NCBI GenBank assembly: GCA_046045965.1
Contig: JBJOKS010000001.1
Span: 160,001-224,000, forward strand
Direction of reading: 5' to 3'
Length of the DNA stretch: 64,000 nt
From: Cyanobacteriota bacterium
GTDB lineage: Bacteria > Cyanobacteriota > Cyanobacteriia > Cyanobacteriales > Nostocaceae
Positions 59,513 through 64,000 of the stretch are shown here, one piece after another. A program made the position numbers and the translations under genes. The notes under the pieces are model-generated. The model ran no database searches, was not told the DNA's origin, and saw nothing but the letters and a program-made list of their open reading frames with translations. Positions within the stretch are counted from its first letter, which is position 1, and each line of letters opens with the position of its first letter.

Positions 59513-61957
59513 TTAACCAACTTTAGCTAACAGTAACTCGCGAGTTTCTGCTTTTCTCACTTTCACCTGGCCATCATCATCGACATCAACAATGGCTGTA
59601 TCACCTTCCAGAATGTGGTTAGATAAGATAGCCTCAGCCAGAGAATCTTCTAACAAGCGCATAATCGCTCTGCGTAAGGGTCTAGCACCATAACTAGGAT
59701 CATACCCTTCTCTGACAACCAGTTCTTTAAAGCTTTCTGTGACTTGGAGTTTAATTCCTCTGTCTGTCAAGCGATTAGCAACATCGCGGAGCATGATCTC
59801 AGCAATTTGCTTGACTTCCTCTTTGTTCAACTGAGTGAAGACGATAATTTCATCTAAACGGTTGAGGAACTCAGGACGGAAGTAATTTTTCAGTTCTTCA
59901 TTTACCAAGTTGCGGATACGCTGATAACTAGCATCAACTTGGTTATCAAATTCAAAGCCTAAACTCATACCACCTTTTTCAATTACCTTAGAACCAATGT
60001 TAGATGTCAAGATAATCAAAGTGTTTTTGAAGTCTACTTTCCGGCCTTTTGCGTCCGTAAGATGCCCGTCATCCAAGATTTGCAGCAGCATATTGAATAC
60101 ATCGGGGTGCGCTTTTTCGATTTCGTCGAAAAGTAACACTGTGTAGGGTTTGCGCCGCACGGCTTCGGTGAGTTGTCCACCTTCGTCGTAGCCTACATAA
60201 CCTGGAGGTGAACCGATGAGCTTGGAAACATTATGACTTTCCATGTATTCGGACATATCTAAACGAATCATGGATTCTTCAGATCCGAAGAAGTAAGCCG
60301 CTAATGCTTTGGCCAGTTCTGTTTTCCCTACCCCTGTTGGACCAGAGAAGATAAAGCTGGCGATGGGGCGGTTAGGACTCTTTAAGCCAACACGAGCGCG
60401 ACGAATAGAACGAGAAACGGCTGTAACTGCTTGTTCTTGACCGATGAGGCGTTTGTGCAGGGTGTCTTCTAAGTGCAGCAATAACTCGGATTCTGATTCT
60501 GTTAGTTTGTTAACAGGTACACCTGTCCAAGAACCAACAATCTCGGCGATGTCTTCTTCGTCAACAATGGCTTTAACGGTTTTCAGGTTGTCTTCTACGT
60601 CAAGTTTGGCTTGGAGTTCCAGTTCTTCTTGATGCAGTTTACTAGCTTTACCAAAATCTTGAAGTCGGATGGCTTCTGCTTTGTCTTTGGTGATGTTTTT
60701 GAGTTGCAGTTTGATTTCTTTGTTATTGACGATGCGGGAGTGACGCAAACGCACACGAGAACCGGCTTCATCAATTAAGTCTATGGCTTTATCTGGGAGA
60801 AAGCGATCGCTAATATATCGATCCGATAACTGTGCTGCTGCTACCACCGCTGCATCGGAGATAGTAACTTTATGGTGCTGTTCATAAGCAGAGCGCAAAC
60901 CGTAGAGAATATCAATAGTTTCTTCTACTGAAGGTTCTCCGACCAAAATTGGTTGGAAACGCCGTTCTAAAGCTGCATCCCGTTCGATGTGTTTACGGTA
61001 TTCATCCAAGGTGGTTGCGCCAATACACTGGAGTTCACCTCTGGCTAAAGCTGGTTTGAGGATGTTCGCTGCATCCAAACCGCCTTCTGTACCGCCAGCA
61101 CCGACTAAGGTGTGAATTTCATCAATCACAAGGATGATATTGCCTTCTGAGCGAATTTCATCCATGATTTTTTTCAATCGTTCCTCAAAGTCGCCACGGA
61201 AGCGGGTTCCTGCCACCAGTAAACCCATGTCCAGACTGATAACTTGCTTGTTGAGCAGAACTTCGGGTACATCTTGGTTAATGATGCGTTGAGCTAGACC
61301 TTCAGCGATCGCTGTTTTCCCAACTCCTGGTTCCCCGATCAAAACCGGGTTATTCTTTGTCCGGCGACCGAGAATTTGCACCGTGCGCTCAATTTCTTGA
61401 TGACGACCAACCACAGGGTCTAACCTGCCTTCCTGAGCGACTTTGGTGAGATTTCTGCCAAACTCTTCTATACTGAGGTTTTTATTCCGTCTGGTACTGC
61501 TACCGCCAGCAAAAACCTTTACATCTTCACCCAGGCGACTCATGACAGCAGCGCGGATGGTCTGCAAGTCAACTCCTAGATTTTGCAGGACTTTGGCGGC
61601 GACTCCTTCCCCAGCTTCAGTTAACCCTAACAATAAGTGTTCAGTGTTTATGTAGTTGTGTCCAAGACTATGAGCCTCTCTAAAAGACTGCTCAAACAGG
61701 TTTTTTACTTTGGGTGTAAAAGGAATTTCCGGTGGGACAAAACCAGAACCCCGACCAATAATTTTTTCTACTTCCCGACGCGCATCTTTGAGGGTAACGC
61801 CCAATTCAGCTAACACTTTAGCAGCAACGCCTGTTCCTTCTCCCATCAAACCCAGGAGAATTTGTTCTGTTCCTACAAAATTGTGTCCCAGTCGGCGTGC
61901 TTCCTCCTGAGCTAACATAATTACCCTAATGGCTTCGGACGTGAAGTGTTCAAACAT
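59513..61957 (-). CDS. clpC: ATP-dependent Clp protease ATP-binding subunit (ClpC type)
   Basis: Clp-N repeats, [34 protein letters not shown] at MFEHF. Confidence 0.93.
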   Translation of the reverse strand: MFEHFTSEAIRVIMLAQEEARRLGHNFVGTEQILLGLMGEGTGVAAKVLAELGVTLKDARREVEKIIGRGSGFVPPEIPFTPKVKNLFEQSFREAHSLGHNYINTEHLLLGLTEAGEGVAAKVLQNLGVDLQTIRAAVMSRLGEDVKVFAGGSSTRRNKNLSIEEFGRNLTKVAQEGRLDPVVGRHQEIERTVQILGRRTKNNPVLIGEPGVGKTAIAEGLAQRIINQDVPEVLLNKQVISLDMGLLVAGTRFRGDFEERLKKIMDEIRSEGNIILVIDEIHTLVGAGGTEGGLDAANILKPALARGELQCIGATTLDEYRKHIERDAALERRFQPILVGEPSVEETIDILYGLRSAYEQHHKVTISDAAVVAAAQLSDRYISDRFLPDKAIDLIDEAGSRVRLRHSRIVNNKEIKLQLKNITKDKAEAIRLQDFGKASKLHQEELELQAKLDVEDNLKTVKAIVDEEDIAEIVGSWTGVPVNKLTESESELLLHLEDTLHKRLIGQEQAVTAVSRSIRRARVGLKSPNRPIASFIFSGPTGVGKTELAKALAAYFFGSEESMIRLDMSEYMESHNVSKLIGSPPGYVGYDEGGQLTEAVRRKPYTVLLFDEIEKAHPDVFNMLLQILDDGHLTDAKGRKVDFKNTLIILTSNIGSKVIEKGGMSLGFEFDNQVDASYQRIRNLVNEELKNYFRPEFLNRLDEIIVFTQLNKEEVKQIAEIMLRDVANRLTDRGIKLQVTESFKELVVREGYDPSYGARPLRRAIMRLLEDSLAEAILSNHILEGDTAIVDVDDDGQVKVRKAETRELLLAKVG

Positions 61958-62189
61958 AGCGGGTTCTTGCTCCCTTGCTGCTTGGACTTTGGGTGAGATA
62001 AAGTTCACCCTCATCTAAATTTTCTTGTATTTTCTTAAAGATAATGTATCTTTATTTAAAATTGGATGGCAGTGGTGAGAGCCGTATTAGCTCAGGTGTA
62101 GTTGCCGTCATTCGCCAATTATGGCTCACTAGGCGGAATGTTTAGCCTTTAATCTTGATCAATCCGAAATCCTATCATTAGTAAAATTT

Positions 62190-62486
62190 ATGACAGAATC
62201 TTCAGCAAGTAAAGACCAACAGCATCCTCTTTACAACCGCGATCGCCCCCTTATTAATAGTTTACTCGCTCAGGAGCCAACAGATTACAATTTGTCTGAA
62301 TTAGCCAGGTTGAAAATTCGCTATCAAGGCTTTCCAGGCGCAAGGGACATTCAAACGGACTTAGATAAAGTTTTGCAACGTTGGGGTTTAACGGAAGCAG
62401 AACTTTTCCTCAAAACCCGCCAACTCCATGAAGTTGGAGGCATTTATAAAAGTCAGGGCAAAAAAGAAGAGGAGGATTGGAATTAG
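62190..62486 (+). CDS. DUF3288-family protein
   Basis: DQQHPLY, ELARLKIRYQGFPGARDI, WGLTE. Confidence 0.82.
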   Translation: MTESSASKDQQHPLYNRDRPLINSLLAQEPTDYNLSELARLKIRYQGFPGARDIQTDLDKVLQRWGLTEAELFLKTRQLHEVGGIYKSQGKKEEEDWN

Positions 62487-62514
62487 GCAGGAGGCAGGAG
62501 GCAGAAGGCAGGAG

Positions 62515-64000
62515 TCAGTTGTTGTTCTCTCCCTGCTCCCCTGCTCCCTGCTCCCCTGCATCTTCCGATGGTGTAGGAGTTACTAAAGCTGGGACTAAAT
62601 CTGGTTCAATGATCATAAATTCTTTTGGATTTGGGGTAGGTGTGATCATTTTGGTTTGTTCTAAATCAGCTTTCAGGTTTGGGGTAGGTGTGATAACTTT
62701 GGGTTCATCAACAATTGCCTTGACTTCGGGAACGGGTGTGACAACTTTTGGAGATTTTTCTACAATTGCTTTTACTTCTGGAGTAGGAGTGATGAATGTT
62801 GATGGAGTTACAAAAGCTTGAGCTTTCCGGGGTGGAGTGGGTGTGATAACTTTTGGCTGATTGACAGATGCTTTGAGTGAGTCTAAGGTGACAGCTACCT
62901 TTGTTTGCTGCTGCATATCTTGTGTAGAAGATACCAGTTTACTCAGACCATTCACCAATTGCAGAAGATTTTGGCGGAATTTAGGATCGCCTGTCAATTC
63001 ATCGAGATCAGATGTAATTTTTTGTGTATTTTCAAATGTCACCCTGGCTGCATCTAGGGTTTGTTGTAGAAGGACGATATTTTTAGGATCATTTAAATTT
63101 TTAGAAGCATCCTTTAAATTAGCTGAAGCTTCCGCAGCGTTAGCAGAAAGAAGTTCTAAATTTTTCAATAATTCTCCTTCTGTTAAACGATTAACCGCAG
63201 GTGATAAACTGCTCACTGTTTGACGCAGTTGGTTACTGGTCTGGGTCATATTATTTAAAGTAGCTACTAAAGCAGAACGATTTGTGGTTAATAATTCATC
63301 TAAGTTATTTAAAAGCTGACTTGCTTGTTTTGCAGTTGTACTAAAATCGCTGGCTGTTGTACCTAATTGATTTGCGGTTTTTGTTGTTGTAGCTGTGAGT
63401 TCATTTGTTGCTCGTTGGATGGTGACAGCTGTATTAGAAAATGTTCCTAATTGTCCTTGAAAACTTTTGCTGACACTTTGCATTTCTCGACTTAGTTTAG
63501 CGACACTGGTAGCCGCATCCGCAGAGGTTACTAAAAGTCGATTCACGTTTTGATAAAATTCTTCGTTATTATATTGAGCAGCAAACTCAGATGATTGGCG
63601 AATTAGTTCATCAACGCTGATGCCAATATTACCTTTTAATTTACTGGATTCATTACAAATAATCAGACTGGGATTACAATCTTTATCTAAAGGTTTAGCA
63701 ATATCACTTCCAGTTTCTAGGGTGGTGTTTGGAGTGATATCAATAATACTTTCGCTGATTAATCCACTTTGATTGGCTTCTATTTTAGAATCAGCAGGAA
63801 TGAGCAAATTAGGATCATTGATTTCAATTTCTACGTCAACGGCATTTACTCCCGGCTGTATTTTGGAAATACTACCCACTTTCACACCACGATAACGAAC
63901 TGGTGCGCCTTTTTGCATTCCTCCAGCGTTGGCAAATTCGACCACTGCTTTATAAGAACTGCGTCCGGGAGTGATTCTATTTAACCACATAAGAATTACC
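62515..64000 (-). CDS. MlaD/MCE-family (Ycf22-like) protein; N-terminus lies outside the window
   Basis: GAPVRYRGVKVG and QSGLISE MCE domain, long coiled coil, Pro/Thr-rich repeat tail. Confidence 0.9.
   Translation of the reverse strand, partial: VILMWLNRITPGRSSYKAVVEFANAGGMQKGAPVRYRGVKVGSISKIQPGVNAVDVEIEINDPNLLIPADSKIEANQSGLISESIIDITPNTTLETGSDIAKPLDKDCNPSLIICNESSKLKGNIGISVDELIRQSSEFAAQYNNEEFYQNVNRLLVTSADAATSVAKLSREMQSVSKSFQGQLGTFSNTAVTIQRATNELTATTTKTANQLGTTASDFSTTAKQASQLLNNLDELLTTNRSALVATLNNMTQTSNQLRQTVSSLSPAVNRLTEGELLKNLELLSANAAEASANLKDASKNLNDPKNIVLLQQTLDAARVTFENTQKITSDLDELTGDPKFRQNLLQLVNGLSKLVSSTQDMQQQTKVAVTLDSLKASVNQPKVITPTPPRKAQAFVTPSTFITPTPEVKAIVEKSPKVVTPVPEVKAIVDEPKVITPTPNLKADLEQTKMITPTPNPKEFMIIEPDLVPALVTPTPSEDAGEQGAGEQGENNN

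Overview
AT-rich chromosomal window from a heterocyst-forming cyanobacterium (Nostocales; inferred from frequent HIP1 GCGATCGC, heptamer STRR arrays, patB/cnfR, fdxB and a heterocyst-type cox operon). Core genes: moeB (partial), JAB peptidase, natE-like ATPase, hisZ, suhB-like, tRNA-Ser(GGA), lpdA, trpC, sucCD, aroE, hsp20, clpC and mlaD (partial). Four accessory or unusual blocks interrupt them. (1) A GGDEF gene bracketed by two copies of a ~90-bp palindromic element, inserted into an STRR array. (2) An island after tRNA-Ser carrying EACC1-like + caspase-GUN4 genes, a convergent RAYT-like Y1 HUH nuclease and a truncated HNH gene. The last variable segment of the GUN4 domain is an in-frame 105-nt tract with no cytosine, bounded by a short hairpin; this is my best candidate for an undescribed diversification system. 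(3) An arsR / pentapeptide / acsF / hemF / desaturase block with a shared palindromic motif, between patB and fdxB-coxBAC. (4) Uma2/Uma2/DUF29 genes separated by repeats. The window also holds several MITEs (two with clear target-site duplications), GTAG REP doublets, tiny HIP1-targeting elements and an aldo/keto reductase pseudogene. All family calls come from motif recognition by eye; no database searches were run.
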